A program made the translations under genes and the position numbers. Shown here in pieces: positions 40,135 to 55,919 of a stretch of DNA of 64,000 nucleotides. Positions within the stretch are counted from its first letter, which is position 1, and each line of letters opens with the position of its first letter. Source of the stretch: an uncultured Actinomycetota bacterium (lineage in GTDB: Bacteria; Actinomycetota; Actinomycetes; JAHEKZ01); the NCBI GenBank assembly GCA_963718235.1, contig CAVQYR010000001.1, forward strand, positions 128,001 to 192,000, in the 5' to 3' direction. Under the pieces are notes generated by a model. That model was given only the letters and a program-made list of their open reading frames with translations. It had not been told where the DNA came from and did not search any database.

Positions 40135-41234
40135 TGTTGGGTCGCCCACTCCTGCAGCAGCGCCTCGCGCAGGGGCCGGGTCTGGGCCTGCACGAGGTGA
40201 AACAGCCCCTCGCGGGCCCAGCGCTGGGCCGATGACAGCAGCAGCATCGCGCTGCCACCCTGGGCCGCCACCCGCGCTGCGGTGATCCGCTGCAGAAGGA
40301 CCAACGACCGGGCGCGCAGGAGCACCCGCTCGTCCAGTGCCTCACCTGCCGGCACCTCGTCGACCAGCCGGTAGGCCGCCTCGCGATTCGCGCGCACCTG
40401 GGCGGCGAAGGTGGTCGCCGCCTCGACTGCCAGGGGCTGGTTCCGCTCGACGCCGCTGCGGTGCAGATCGGCGATCACCGCGCGCATCAGGCCGAAGACG
40501 GCTGGCGCGGCGTTCGCCGTCCGCTCGGTGTCCTGCGCGAGCCAGTCGCTCTTGGGCACGACGGCAGCAACCTCGTCGTCGTCGACCGGCAGGGTGTCCA
40601 GCCAGGCGCCCACCGTCGACGTCCCACCCATCGCGGCCAGACCGAGCGGACCGGTGACGACGAACCCGACCCGCTCGTGGGCCGGGATGAGCGCCTGGAC
40701 GACCTGACCGTCGTCGGTCTCGGCCATGAGCAGCAGCACGTCGGCCAGACCCCACGACGTCACCCAGTCGAGCGTGCCGCTGACCTGCCAGCCCGTGCCC
40801 GTGCGGACCGCGCGCACCGACGGGTCGCCGGGGCGCCGCAGGTGCGCGAAGGACACCGCACCCAAGGCCTTGCCGGTTGCCAGCGGCACCGCCCATCGCT
40901 CGTGGGACGACGTTCCCGTCGCCGCGACCGCGCACTCCATCGGCGTCCGGTGCTGGGCGGCGACGAACCACACCGCACCCGACGCCCCGGAGAGCGTCTC
41001 CCCGACCTCGCGGACCACGGCAGCCGGAGCGGCCAGGCCACCGAGCTCGACCGGCGCGGACACACCCAGGACGCCGTGGTACGCCAGGGCGTCGACGTGG
41101 GCTCGGGTGACCCCGGACACGTCGATCGACTGCGCCTCCCAGGCCAGCCGGGCCAGCGCGTTCTGGACGCCGGTGATGGCGGGGTGCCCCGCCGCGTCCG
41201 GCACCGGGCCGACGAGGTCGTGCTCGCTCATCAC
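40131..41234 (-). CDS. acyl-CoA dehydrogenase-like flavoprotein
   Basis: P.ELGG, W.VSG...WVTSWG.AD, LAAMGGTST, GGSA....S.AQR..REG.F. Confidence 0.78.
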   Translation of the reverse strand: MMSEHDLVGPVPDAAGHPAITGVQNALARLAWEAQSIDVSGVTRAHVDALAYHGVLGVSAPVELGGLAAPAAVVREVGETLSGASGAVWFVAAQHRTPMECAVAATGTSSHERWAVPLATGKALGAVSFAHLRRPGDPSVRAVRTGTGWQVSGTLDWVTSWGLADVLLLMAETDDGQVVQALIPAHERVGFVVTGPLGLAAMGGTSTVGAWLDTLPVDDDEVAAVVPKSDWLAQDTERTANAAPAVFGLMRAVIADLHRSGVERNQPLAVEAATTFAAQVRANREAAYRLVDEVPAGEALDERVLLRARSLVLLQRITAARVAAQGGSAMLLLSSAQRWAREGLFHLVQAQTRPLREALLQEWATQQ

Positions 41235-41352
41235 GCCCGCCAACCTAGCCCGCCGACGAGATCGGGGCTGCACATCGGCAAACCCACCTCACCGCCAGCA
41301 AAGTGCGGTGCAGCCCCCGCGCGACCGATCCCGATCCGCCTACGGTGTCCCC

Positions 41353-42538
41353 GTGGCCCGAGACCCAGTACCCCTTGTCCCCCACCTGCGCGGGCTCGGG
41401 ACGACGATCTTCGCCGAGATGTCAGCGCTGGCCACCTCCACTGGCGCGGTCAACCTCGGACAAGGGTTCCCCGACACCGACGGTCCCGCCTCGGTCGCCC
41501 AGGCAGCCGCGGACGCGGTGCTCTCCGGTCACGGCAACCAGTACCCGCCCGGCCCCGGGATCCCCGAGCTGCGCCAAGCGGTCGTCGACCATCAGCGCAC
41601 GGTGTACGGCATCGAGCTCGACGTCGACCGGCAGGTCCTGGTCACGACCGGCGCCACCGAAGGCATCGCCGCCGCGATCCTGGCGCTGGTCGACGAAGGC
41701 GACGAGGTGATCGCCCTCGAACCGTTCTACGACTCCTACGCCGCGACGGTGACGATGGCGCGTGGGCGGATCGTCCCGGTCCGGTTGTCGGCACCTAACT
41801 TCGCCCTCGACGGCGACCGGTTGCGCGACGCGGTCAGCCCGCGCACGCGCATGATCCTCCTGAACAGTCCGCACAACCCGACCGGCGCCGTACTGACCTC
41901 CGCCGAGCTGGCTCTCGTCGCGGCAGTCGCGCACGAGCACGACCTGATCGTGGTCTCTGACGAGGTCTACGAGCATCTGGCCTTCGACCGGCCGCACGTG
42001 CCCATCTCAATGCTTCCCGGCATGGCCACGCGCACTCTGACCATCAGCAGCGTCGGCAAGTCGTTCTCCTTCACGGGGTGGAAGATCGGCTGGGTCACCG
42101 GCCCGGAGGACCTTGTCGCGGCAGTGCGCACCACCAAGCAGTACCTAACGTTCGTCAGCGGTGGCCCACTGCAGTACGCCGCGGCGTACGCGCTGAACCA
42201 CGAGCTGCCGTGGGTCGAGCTGCTGCGACTCGACCTCGCACGACGACGTGACCTGCTGTGCGATGGCTTGGCGGCGGCTGGGCCTCGCCGTCAATCGGCC
42301 CAGCGGCACGTACTTCGCCACCACCGACATCCGCTCGATCGGCTGGGACGACGGCATGGCCTTCTGTCGCGAGCTGCCTTCGCGCGTGGGTGTGGTCGCG
42401 GTCCCCTGTGCCCCGTTCTACCTGCAGTCGGACCCTGACGCCGTGTCGCTGGTGCGGTGGACCTTCAGCAAGCAGGACTCAGTGCTCGAGGAAGCGATCA
42501 GACGGCTGACAGGGTCAGCCCTGACGCGTCATCGCTGA
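41353..42538 (+). pseudogene. class I/II PLP aminotransferase (DapC-like), +1 frameshift near 42280 (probably sequencing error)
   Basis: NLGQGFPD, LNSPHNPTG, SDEVYE, SSVGKSFSFTGWKIGW; C-terminal P.GTYF...VRWTFSK continues in the next frame. Confidence 0.8.
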
Positions 42539-45071
42539 CGTCGACCCGCACGGTGTCGCCGTCCTTCACATCACCTGCGATCAGCAGGCGCGCCAAGGGG
42601 TCGCCGATCGCCGTCTGGATCAGACGGCGCAACGGGCGCGCACCGTAGGCGGGGTCGAACCCCTCGGTAGACAGCCACTCGCGCGCGCCGTCACTGACCT
42701 CGATCGTGATCCTTCGGTCGGCCAGCCGCTCGTCGAGGGCGACGACCTGGAGATCGACGATCCGGGCCAGCTCGTCGGGTGAGAGCGCATCGAAGAGCAC
42801 GACGTCATCGAGTCGGTTCAAGAACTCAGGCTTGAACGTCAAGCGCACCACGGCCATGACCGCGGCAGCCTTGGCGTCCTGGTCCATCTCCTGGTCGACG
42901 AGGAACTGCGAACCCAGGTTCGAGGTCAGGATCAGGATCGCGTTGCGGAAGTCGACGGTGCGCCCCTGGCCGTCGGTCAGGCGTCCGTCGTCGAGCACCT
43001 GCAGCAAGAGGTCGAAGACCTCGGGGTGGGCCTTCTCGACCTCGTCGAGCAGGACCACGCTGTAGGGGCGACGGCGTACCGCCTCGGTGAGCTGACCGCC
43101 CTCCTCGTAGCCGACATACCCGGGTGGGGCACCGACGAGCCGCGCCACCGAGTGCTTCTCGCCGTACTCGCTCATGTCGATCCGCACCATCGCGTGCGGG
43201 TCGTCGAACAGGAAGTCGGCCAGTGCCTTGGCCAGCTCGGTCTTGCCAACCCCCGTGGGGCCGAGGAAGAGGAAGGAGCCCGTGGGTCGGTTGGGGTCGG
43301 CGATCCCCGCCCGCGAGCGCCGGACGGCGTCGGACACCGACTGCACGGCGGCCCGCTGACCGATCACGCGGTGGCCGAGCTCGTCCTCCATGCGCAGCAA
43401 CTTGGCACTCTCGCCCTCGAGCAGGCGCCCAGCCGGGATTCCCGTCCAGGCCGCAACAACCTCGGCAATGTCGTCGGGGCCGACCTCCTCCTTCACCATC
43501 AGGTCAGTGGGGGTCTCGGCGGCCGCGGCCTCGGCCGCCTCCCGTTCCAGCTCCGGGATCTCGCCGTAGAGCAGCGCAGAGGCCGTCGCCAGGTCACCCT
43601 GACGCTGGGCGCGTTCGGCCTGGATCCGCAGCTCGTCCACCCGCATCTTCAGGTCACCGACCCGGTTGAGCGACGACTTCTCCTGCTCCCACCGCGCGTT
43701 CAGGGCGCTGAGCCGCTCCTGCTTGTCGGCGAGGTCGGCGCGCAGCTTCGCGAGCCGTTGGACCGAAGCGGCGTCGTCCTCCTTGGCCAGCGCCAGCTCC
43801 TCCATCAAGGCTCGGTCGACCGCGCGCTGCAGCTCGTCGATCTCGATCGGTGAGCTGTCGATCTCCATCCGCAACCGCGACGCTGACTCGTCGACGAGGT
43901 CGATCGCCTTGTCGGGCAGCTGGCGCGACGTGATGTATCGGTTGGACAAGGTGGCTGCCGCGACGAGGGCGCTGTCGGCGATCTGGACCTTGTGGTGAGC
44001 CTCGTAGCGCTCCTTGAGCCCCCGCAGGATCGCGACTGTGTCCTCGACACTCGGCTCGCCGACGAACACCTGCTGGAAGCGTCGTTCCAGGGCTGGGTCC
44101 TTCTCGACGTTCTCCCGGAACTCGTCGAGCGTCGTGGCGCCGATCATCCGCAGCTCGCCACGCGCCAGCATGGGCTTGAGCATGTTGCTCGCGTCCATCG
44201 ACGAGTCACCAGTGGCACCCGCACCCACCACGGTGTGCATCTCGTCGATGAAGGTGACGACCTGTCCCCCGGCGTCCTTGATCTCCTCCAGCACTGCCTT
44301 GAGGCGCTCCTCGAACTCTCCGCGGAACTTCGCGCCCGCGACCATCGCGCCGAGGTCGAGGGCGATCAGCCTCTTGCCACGCAGCGACTCGGGGACGTCG
44401 CCTGCGACGATGCGCTGCGCGAGACCCTCGACAACTGCGGTCTTGCCGACTCCCGGCTCGCCGATCAGCACCGGGTTGTTCTTGGTCCGACGGGACAGCA
44501 CCTGGATCACGCGGCGGATCTCGTTGTCACGCCCGATCACCGGGTCGAGCGCACCGTCGCGCGCACGCTCGGTGAGGTCGACGCCATACTTCTGCAGCGC
44601 GTCGAAAGTGCCTTCCGGATCTGCGGTCGTCACCCGCGAGGACCCGCGCACGCGGGCCAGCGCATCGGCCAGCGCGGTCTCGGTGGCTCCCGCCGCGGAC
44701 AGCAGCTCACGCGCTCCACTCGGCACCGTGGCCAGGGCGAGCAGCAGGTGCTCGGTGGAGACGAACGTGTCACCCCGCTCGGTGGCCCGCTCGGTGGCGG
44801 TGGCCAGGACTCGCTGCAGGGCACCGGATGCCTGCGGTGAGGCAACAGACGACCCGGCTGCGCTGGGAAGCGCGGCGACAGCGGCGCGCGCTCGCTCGGC
44901 CAACACGTCGCGGTCGACCCCGACCGCGCTCAGGACGGCCGTGGCGATTCCTTCGGGCTCATCGAGCAGTGCGAGCAGTACGTGCACCGGCTCGAGCGCC
45001 GGGTTGCCGTCGGTCACCGCCCGCCGCTGTGCCGCGGAGAGCACCTCGTGGCTTCGGGTGGTCAGTTCCAT
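42498..45071 (-). CDS. clpB: ATP-dependent chaperone ClpB
   Basis: Two AAA modules ([17 protein letters not shown]), coiled-coil middle domain, [16 protein letters not shown]. Confidence 0.96.
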   Translation of the reverse strand: MELTTRSHEVLSAAQRRAVTDGNPALEPVHVLLALLDEPEGIATAVLSAVGVDRDVLAERARAAVAALPSAAGSSVASPQASGALQRVLATATERATERGDTFVSTEHLLLALATVPSGARELLSAAGATETALADALARVRGSSRVTTADPEGTFDALQKYGVDLTERARDGALDPVIGRDNEIRRVIQVLSRRTKNNPVLIGEPGVGKTAVVEGLAQRIVAGDVPESLRGKRLIALDLGAMVAGAKFRGEFEERLKAVLEEIKDAGGQVVTFIDEMHTVVGAGATGDSSMDASNMLKPMLARGELRMIGATTLDEFRENVEKDPALERRFQQVFVGEPSVEDTVAILRGLKERYEAHHKVQIADSALVAAATLSNRYITSRQLPDKAIDLVDESASRLRMEIDSSPIEIDELQRAVDRALMEELALAKEDDAASVQRLAKLRADLADKQERLSALNARWEQEKSSLNRVGDLKMRVDELRIQAERAQRQGDLATASALLYGEIPELEREAAEAAAAETPTDLMVKEEVGPDDIAEVVAAWTGIPAGRLLEGESAKLLRMEDELGHRVIGQRAAVQSVSDAVRRSRAGIADPNRPTGSFLFLGPTGVGKTELAKALADFLFDDPHAMVRIDMSEYGEKHSVARLVGAPPGYVGYEEGGQLTEAVRRRPYSVVLLDEVEKAHPEVFDLLLQVLDDGRLTDGQGRTVDFRNAILILTSNLGSQFLVDQEMDQDAKAAAVMAVVRLTFKPEFLNRLDDVVLFDALSPDELARIVDLQVVALDERLADRRITIEVSDGAREWLSTEGFDPAYGARPLRRLIQTAIGDPLARLLIAGDVKDGDTVRVDVSDDASGLTLSAV

Positions 45072-45120
45072 CACGTCGTCCTCAGGTCTTGGGGTGCAGG
45101 AGTAGGAGTGTGCGCCGCCG

Positions 45121-45543
45121 TCAACGGAACGGGTTGCGCACGTGCACGACCGATGTGTGGCCACGCAGCGCAACCTCCGAGCCGGCCCCTGCCGACCCAC
45201 GACCGACGTCGGCGCCGACATGACGCAACAGCAGGTACGCGCGCTCGAGGTCGGCCTCGAGCTCGTCGACCCGTCGGTGCAGGGCGGCCACAGTCTGCTG
45301 GAGCTCCAGGACCTGACGGATGCCCTCCAGTCCGACACCTTCGCCGGACAGCTGCTGGATCTGGCGGAGCCGAGTCACGTCGCTGAGTGAGTAGCGTCGC
45401 CCGCCTCCGGCCGTGCGCTGCGGCGCGACCAACCCCAACCGGTCGTACTGCCGCAGCGTCTGGGCATGCAGACCGGTCAGCTGCGCCACGACCGAGATCA
45501 CGTAGACCGGCGAGTCGTCGAGCGGGTCGTAGGTCATCGTCAC
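45121..45543 (-). CDS. hspR: heat-shock repressor HspR (MerR family)
   Basis: [38 protein letters not shown]; follows dnaJ. Confidence 0.93.
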   Translation of the reverse strand: MTMTYDPLDDSPVYVISVVAQLTGLHAQTLRQYDRLGLVAPQRTAGGGRRYSLSDVTRLRQIQQLSGEGVGLEGIRQVLELQQTVAALHRRVDELEADLERAYLLLRHVGADVGRGSAGAGSEVALRGHTSVVHVRNPFR

Positions 45544-46698
45544 TCCTTCGCCGCGCTGGCCAGCAGGTCAATCCGAGGGTCGTGGTCGGTTGTGGCGTCG
45601 CGGTAGGCGCGCAGGGCGGCCAAGAGCATCGCCGTCGACCCGCTGCGGCACAGCGACATCGACAGTGGCCAGCAGGTCGCCTCGTCTGCCGTCCTTGCGC
45701 TTGAAACCCTTGCCGCGGACCCGCAACGTGCGCCCTGATGGCGTGCCCGCCGGGATCTTCACCGAGACCGGGTCGCCGTCGAGAGTCGGCACCTTCACGG
45801 TCGCCCCGAGGGTCGCTTCGGGGAAGGTGATCGGCACGGTGAGCGTCAGATGGTCGCCCTTGCGTCCGAAGACCGGGTGTCGGCGCACGTGCACGGTGAC
45901 GAACAGGTCACCCGGCTGTCCCCCGCCCTGTCCGGCCCCGCCCTTGCCCTTCACCCGGATCCGCGCGCCGTCCTTCACACCAGCGGGGAGCCGAACCTGC
46001 ACGGTGCGGGTCTGCTGACCCACCCCAATCCCTCGGCAGGCTGGGCACGGGTCGTCGACGACGACTCCTCGACCGTGGCAGTCGCGGCACGCCTCGGAGA
46101 ACGCGAACCCGCCTTGTTCCCGGACCGACTGCCCACTGCCGCGACAGCTCGCGCAGGAGTGCGGTGAGGTACCAGGCTTCGCGCCTGTACCCCCACAGGT
46201 GTGGCAGGGGCCGTCGGTCGACAACCGAAGCGGCAGAACCGTTCCGTCGACTGCGTCGCGGAAGCTGATCGTCACCTCCGCGTCGAGGTCGGTGCCTTTG
46301 CGCGCCCTGCGGCCGCGCGGTGCCCGCCCCCCGAACAGTCCGCCCAGCGTCTCGCCGAGGCCGCTGTCGCCGAAGAGGTCATCGAGGTTGACGGTGTGCT
46401 GGCCTCCCCCGAACGGGCTTCCAGCACCGAACGGGTTGCCCTGCCCACCGGAGAAGCCGGCCGATCCGTAGGCGCGCATCTCGTCGTACTCGCGGCGCTT
46501 GTCGTCGTCGGAGAGGACGTCGTAGGCCTCGGAGACCTCCTTGAACTTCTCCTCGGCCTGCGCGTCACCGGCGTTCGCGTCGGGATGGTGCTTGCGCGCG
46601 AGGGTGCGGTACGCCTTCTTGATCGCATCGGCGTCGGCGTCCTTGGCGACGCCGAGAGCCGCGTAGTAGTCCTTCTCCAGGTAGTCCCTGGTGCTCAT
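45540..46698 (-). CDS. dnaJ: chaperone DnaJ; apparent +1 frameshift near 45622 alters the last ~27 codons
   Basis: HPD J-domain, four CxxCxGxG; removing one base gives ...[22 protein letters not shown] with GTGA overlap on hspR. Confidence 0.92.
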
Positions 46699-46728
46699 CG
46701 TCGTCGCCTCCCTTCGCGGTGACGTCGG

Positions 46729-51158
<4,430 letters not shown>

Positions 51159-51354
51159 GAGTCCTCCTGGGGGCCGACCTGACCGCGACCCACCACGGAG
51201 TCACGTCGCCCCCGACGGTAGTGCCCGTCGCGAGCGCAGGCCAAGAGACACCCCGCGGGCCTATTGGATACGTTGGGCGTCGGCTGACCCGCGAGTCAGC
51301 CGGTTCGGCACCCGAACCCGGGTGCTCGAGAGCCACGACCCCCAGGAGGACGCC

Positions 51355-53535
51355 GTGCGGGTGGCCCTCGTCATCGGCCTGTTGCTGACGGCTGCCGCGT
51401 TCGCGATCGCCGGTCGCCGGGTCTACGAGCTCTGGCGGATGTTCCGCAGCGGTCAGCGGGTCGCCCCACGTCGTCCCGTCGACCCCAGGGCGGCGATGGA
51501 GTCCGAGGCCACCGAGGTGCTGGGGCAGCGCAAGCTGCTCAAGTGGACCGTGCCCGGACTCGCCCACTTCTTCGCGTTCTGGGGGTTCATCGTCCTGGGG
51601 CTGACGATCCTCGAGGCGTACGGGGCGTTGTTCACCCCTGACTTCTCGATCCCGGTCATCGACCAGTGGGCGTGGGTGGCCTTCGTCGAGGACTTCTTCG
51701 GCGTCGCCGTCCTGGCCGCGCTCGCCGTCTTCACCGTCATCCGGATCCGGCAGAACCCGCACCGCCGCGGGCGCCTCTCGCGTTTCTACGGCTCGCACAC
51801 GGGCGCGGCGTGGCTCGTGCTGTTCATGATCTTCAACGTGGTCTGGACGCTGTTCCTGTACCGGGGCGCGCAGATCAACACCGGCAACTTCCCGTACCCC
51901 GACCAGTGGGCGTTCGCCTCGCAGGCCGTGGCCCAGGTGCTGGAGCCGTTGGGCGAGCTGGCCAACGAGCGGATCGAGACCGTTGCCATCCTGCTGCAGA
52001 TCGTCGTCATCCTCGGGTTCCTGGTGCTGGTCGTGTACTCCAAGCACCTGCACATCGGGCTGGCGCCCATCAACGTCTTGCTCAAGCGGCAGCCGAACGC
52101 CCTCGGCCCACTCCTGCCGATGTACTCGCACGGGCAGCCGATCGACTTCGAGGACCCCAAGGACGACGACGTGTTCGGGGTCGGCCGGGTCGAGGAGTTC
52201 ACCTGGAAGGGGCTGCTCGACTTCGCCACGTGCACCGAGTGCGGCCGCTGCCAGTCGCAGTGCCCGGCCTGGAACACCGAGAAGCCGTTGAGCCCGAAGC
52301 TGCTGATCATGGGCCTGCGCGACCACGCCTTCGCGAAGGCGCCCTATCTGGTTGCCGAGCGGTTCCCGACCTACCTCGCGGCCCAGCCGAACCAGCCCCT
52401 GCAGGCGGCCCCGGCGAACCTGGACGCTCTTCCGGCATCGGCGACCGCGCAGCTGGAGCGTCCGTTCGTCGGAGCAAGGCCCGAGGATGCCGACGCACCC
52501 CAGCCCGTCGTCGAGGACGACGTCCTGTGGTCGTGCACCTCCTGCGGAGCCTGCGTCGAGCAGTGCCCGGTCGACATCGAGCACATCGACCACATCATGG
52601 ACATGCGTCGCTACCAGGTGCTCGTCGAGAGCGAGTTCCCGAGCGAGCTCGGTGGGCTGTTCAAGAACATGGAGACCAAGGGCAACCCGTGGGGCATGAA
52701 TGCGTCGTCGCGCCTCGACTGGGCGGCCGACCTCCCGTTCGAGGTGCCGGTGGTCGACGGTCCCCTCGACGAGACCGTCGACTACCTGTTCTGGGTCGGC
52801 TGTGCCGGTGCCTTCGAGGACCGCGCCAAGAAGACGACCCAGGCCGTGGCCGAGCTGCTGCACATGGCCGGCGTCAGCTTCGCGGTGCTCGGCGAGAGCG
52901 AGACCTGCACCGGCGACTCGGCGCGGCGTTCGGGCAACGAGTTCCTGTTCCAGATGCTCGCGATGCAGAACGTCGAGACGCTGAACGAGATGGGTGTCAC
53001 CAAGATCGTGGTCACCTGTGCCCACTGCTTCAACACGCTGCGCAACGAGTACCCCCAGGTCGGCGGGCACTACCAGGTCGTGCACCACACTCAGCTGCTG
53101 AACGAGCTGGTTCGCGAGGGCCGACTCACCCCGGTCACCGCAGTCGACGAGCGGATCACGTATCACGACCCGTGCTACCTGGGTCGGCACAACAAGGTCT
53201 ACAGCCCTCCGCGCGACCTGCTCGGCGCACTGCCGCAGGCGGAGTTCACCGAGATGCCGCGCAACGGCGACCGCAGCTTCTGCTGCGGCGCCGGCGGTGC
53301 CCGGATGTGGATGGAGGAGAAGATCGGCAAGCGGATCAACATCGAGCGCACCGAGGAGGCGATCGGCACCGGCGCGCGCACGATCGCGATCGGGTGCCCG
53401 TTCTGCCGGGTGATGATCAGCGACGGCGTGTCCGAGATTCAGCGCGACGTCGAGAAGGACGAGCAGGTCCAGGTCATGGACGTGGCTCAGCTGCTGCTGC
53501 GGGCCGCCAAGAACGGCGCCCCCACCCCACGTTGA
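51355..53535 (+). CDS. membrane-bound Fe-S oxidoreductase (FadF/HdrD-like)
   Basis: TM region, CTECGRCQSQCP and CTSCGACVEQCP, CCG domains (HDPCYLGR, FCCGAGG, CPFC); AGGAGG RBS. Confidence 0.92.
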   Translation: MRVALVIGLLLTAAAFAIAGRRVYELWRMFRSGQRVAPRRPVDPRAAMESEATEVLGQRKLLKWTVPGLAHFFAFWGFIVLGLTILEAYGALFTPDFSIPVIDQWAWVAFVEDFFGVAVLAALAVFTVIRIRQNPHRRGRLSRFYGSHTGAAWLVLFMIFNVVWTLFLYRGAQINTGNFPYPDQWAFASQAVAQVLEPLGELANERIETVAILLQIVVILGFLVLVVYSKHLHIGLAPINVLLKRQPNALGPLLPMYSHGQPIDFEDPKDDDVFGVGRVEEFTWKGLLDFATCTECGRCQSQCPAWNTEKPLSPKLLIMGLRDHAFAKAPYLVAERFPTYLAAQPNQPLQAAPANLDALPASATAQLERPFVGARPEDADAPQPVVEDDVLWSCTSCGACVEQCPVDIEHIDHIMDMRRYQVLVESEFPSELGGLFKNMETKGNPWGMNASSRLDWAADLPFEVPVVDGPLDETVDYLFWVGCAGAFEDRAKKTTQAVAELLHMAGVSFAVLGESETCTGDSARRSGNEFLFQMLAMQNVETLNEMGVTKIVVTCAHCFNTLRNEYPQVGGHYQVVHHTQLLNELVREGRLTPVTAVDERITYHDPCYLGRHNKVYSPPRDLLGALPQAEFTEMPRNGDRSFCCGAGGARMWMEEKIGKRINIERTEEAIGTGARTIAIGCPFCRVMISDGVSEIQRDVEKDEQVQVMDVAQLLLRAAKNGAPTPR

Positions 53536-53596
53536 TCTTGGACATGATCTGCCAGTTCGACCCGTCTGGACCTCATCTTCTCCATGATCAACTTGG
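53531..53596. repeat. family A repeat copy 2
   Basis: GTTGATCTTGGACATGATCTGC...CTTCTCCATGATCAACTTGG. Confidence 0.88.
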
Positions 53597-54049
53597 GAGG
53601 GTGGGGGCGGGACGGCGTCGGCGAAGGACGAGCCCGCTGACGGCGAGCACCACCGCCGCCGCTGCGGCGACCAGCGCGGCGATCACGGTCACCACCGGGG
53701 CGCCCAGACCGCACAGCTCGGTGCACGTTCCGGTCCGGCGTCCCACGAAGCCGCCGACCTGGGCTGCTCCGACTGCGACGGCGCACGCCACCAGCACCCC
53801 TGAGGACAGGCGGACCAGCCACGCGCTCAGCCCACCGCTCCGTGGCCAGGGGACGCCGGCGAGCAGCAGCCCCACGCCCCCGGGCCCCAGGAGCACCAGC
53901 GCCGTCGTCAGCGGGGTGCTCAGGCGGTCGTCGACCGGAGCCCACGTGGGCTCGGCGGCGAGCCCGTAGCACCACGCGGCCAGCACACCGAGGCCGACCA
54001 CCCCCAGCCCGCCGCCCACCCACACGTTGATCTTGGACATCATCTGCAT
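53588..54049 (-). CDS. orphan ~4-TM membrane protein
   Basis: Four hydrophobic segments, CTELC loop, RRRR after last TM; start and stop lie in the flanking repeats; start could be 54040, 54043 or 54049. Confidence 0.55.
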   Translation of the reverse strand: MQMMSKINVWVGGGLGVVGLGVLAAWCYGLAAEPTWAPVDDRLSTPLTTALVLLGPGGVGLLLAGVPWPRSGGLSAWLVRLSSGVLVACAVAVGAAQVGGFVGRRTGTCTELCGLGAPVVTVIAALVAAAAAVVLAVSGLVLRRRRPAPTLPS

Positions 54050-54091
54050 GCTCGACCCGTCTGAGCGACAACTTCTCCATGATCAACTTGG
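54026..54091. repeat. family A repeat copy 3
   Basis: GTTGATCTTGGACATCATCTGC...CTTCTCCATGATCAACTTGG. Confidence 0.88.
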
Positions 54092-54100
54092 GGTGCAGGG

Positions 54101-54703
54101 TCAGGAGGGGGGCGGGGCGTCTCCCGGGTCGATCGGGGTGCGGTGGAAGCCCTGGAACGACTTGGACGGCGTCGGGCCGCGTTGCCCCTGGTAACGCGAG
54201 CCGTAGACCGACGACCCGTACGGGTGCTCCGCCGGCGACGACAGCCGGAACAGGCACAGCTGGCCGATCTTCATGCCGGGCCACAGCTTGATCGGCAGCG
54301 TGGCGACGTTGCTCAGCTCCAAGGTGACGTGCCCGGAGAAGCCGGGGTCGATGAAGCCCGCGGTCGAGTGGGTCAGCAGGCCCAGTCGCCCCAGCGACGA
54401 CTTGCCCTCCAGACGTCCGGCGACGTCGTCGGGCAGGGTCACCACCTCGTAGGTCGACGCCAGCGCGAACTCACCGGGGTGCAGGATGAACGGCTCGTCG
54501 CCGTGCGGCTCCACCAGCCGGGTCAGGTCGGGCTGCTCGGCGGCCGGGTCGATGTGCGGGTACCGGTGGTTCTCGAACACCCGGAAGTACCGGTCGAGCC
54601 GGACGTCGATGCTCGACGGCTGGACCATCGTCGGGTCGTACGGGTCGAGGCCGACCCGGCCGGAGCCCAGCTCGGCACGGATGTCGCGATCGGAGAGCAG
54701 CAC
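54101..54703 (-). CDS. dcd: dCTP deaminase
   Basis: [49 protein letters not shown]. Confidence 0.96.
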   Translation of the reverse strand: MLLSDRDIRAELGSGRVGLDPYDPTMVQPSSIDVRLDRYFRVFENHRYPHIDPAAEQPDLTRLVEPHGDEPFILHPGEFALASTYEVVTLPDDVAGRLEGKSSLGRLGLLTHSTAGFIDPGFSGHVTLELSNVATLPIKLWPGMKIGQLCLFRLSSPAEHPYGSSVYGSRYQGQRGPTPSKSFQGFHRTPIDPGDAPPPS

Positions 54704-54773
54704 GGGCGCGAGGCTACTAGCCGACCCCAGACTGGGGCATAATCGGGCTGGCGCCGCCCACCACGCGGCCCGC

Positions 54774-54844
54774 GCGGGTGTAGTTCAATGGCAGAACATC
54801 AGCTTCCCAAGCTGACAGTGCGAGTTCGATTCTCGTCACCCGCT
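54774..54844 (+). tRNA. tRNA-Gly (CCC)
   Basis: Acceptor GCGGGTG/CACCCGC, anticodon arm TCAGC-TTCCCAA-GCTGA, T arm GCGAG-TTCGATT-CTCGT; CCA not encoded. Confidence 0.95.
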
Positions 54845-55573
54845 CCGACGCGCCACCCACGTGGCCCGAAGGGTGGACTCCGACACCGCCTGAGTCGCGT
54901 ACTCCTCGGTCACCCCGACCAACCCGAAGCCGGCTTCGCCCAGCGCGCGGCTCACCTGATCGTCGGTGAAGAAGTACTGGCGATGGCGCTCGGTGAAGGT
55001 GTCGCCGTCGCTGAGGCGGGTGACCACGATCGTGGTGTCACACACCCTGTCGTCGACGTAGACCTCGCTGGAGATCGTGAAGCGCCGCCCGTGCGCCTCG
55101 CCGTCCACGACTGCGTGCGCGGCGGTGAAGTGCATCATCGCCTCGGTGTGCAGGTCGAAGACGAGCCAGCCACCCGGGCGCAGGTGCTGCGCCACCGCGC
55201 TCAGGCTGGCCCCCAGCTCCTCCGGCTCCAGGTAGTTCAGGCCGTCGAACGTCGACACCGCCGCGTCGAAGACCCCGTCGACGCTCAGGCGAGGCAGGGT
55301 CTGCTGCAGCAGGACGGCGTCCGGCCCGAGCAGCGACCGCGCCCGGCCGAGCATCGACGCCGACGCGTCGACTCCGGTCACCCGGCACCCTCGAGCCTGG
55401 AGCTCAGCCGCCATCAGCCCCGTGCCGCAGCAGACGTCGAGGACGCTGCGGACGCCGGCGTCGTCCTCGCGCCAGGCGTCGACGAGGAAGTCGGCCCAGC
55501 GGTCGTAGCAGGGGTCGACCACGATCTCGTCGTAGACCCCGGCCAGGCGGGTGTAGGCGTCGGTCCCGCTCAC
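54836..55573 (-). CDS. class I SAM-dependent methyltransferase
   Basis: VLDVCCGTG, GVDAS..ML, FDAAVSTFDGLNY, LRPGG.LVFD. Confidence 0.9.
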   Translation of the reverse strand: MSGTDAYTRLAGVYDEIVVDPCYDRWADFLVDAWREDDAGVRSVLDVCCGTGLMAAELQARGCRVTGVDASASMLGRARSLLGPDAVLLQQTLPRLSVDGVFDAAVSTFDGLNYLEPEELGASLSAVAQHLRPGGWLVFDLHTEAMMHFTAAHAVVDGEAHGRRFTISSEVYVDDRVCDTTIVVTRLSDGDTFTERHRQYFFTDDQVSRALGEAGFGLVGVTEEYATQAVSESTLRATWVARRSG

Positions 55574-55607
55574 CTGCGGCTCACGACACGCAGGCGTACA
55601 CCGTCGT

Positions 55608-55886
55608 TCAGATCCCGAGGGCCTTGGCCTTGGCCGCGGAGAACTCCTCGTCGGTCAGGACACCCTGGCTGTGCAGCTGGGCCAGCTCCTGCAGCTTGGC
55701 GGTGGAGTCCTCCGGAGCGGGGGCGGCCTCGGCGGGTTCGGCGTACTGAGCCGGGGCCTGCTGGGCGTACTGCTCCTGAGCTTGCTGGTCGTACTTCGAG
55801 GCCTGGCGGTGCGCGACCCGCCCGGACACTGCGGTCGCTGTTCCAGCGACGACGGCGGTGCGCGCCGCCATGCGAAGAAGTCCCAT
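55608..55886 (-). CDS. SHOCT domain protein
   Basis: MGLLRMAARTAVVAGTATAVSGRV; C-terminal LQELAQLHSQGVLTDEEFSAAKAKAL. Confidence 0.88.
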   Translation of the reverse strand: MGLLRMAARTAVVAGTATAVSGRVAHRQASKYDQQAQEQYAQQAPAQYAEPAEAAPAPEDSTAKLQELAQLHSQGVLTDEEFSAAKAKALGI

Positions 55887-55919
55887 CTCGATACCTCTCA
55901 GATCGTCAAGTGTCGGGGC

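Noticed and set aside
53531-54091. CRISPR array or true integron attC sites
   Set aside because: Only two adjacent repeats about 430 nt apart, no cas or intI gene, and end polarity opposite to attC.
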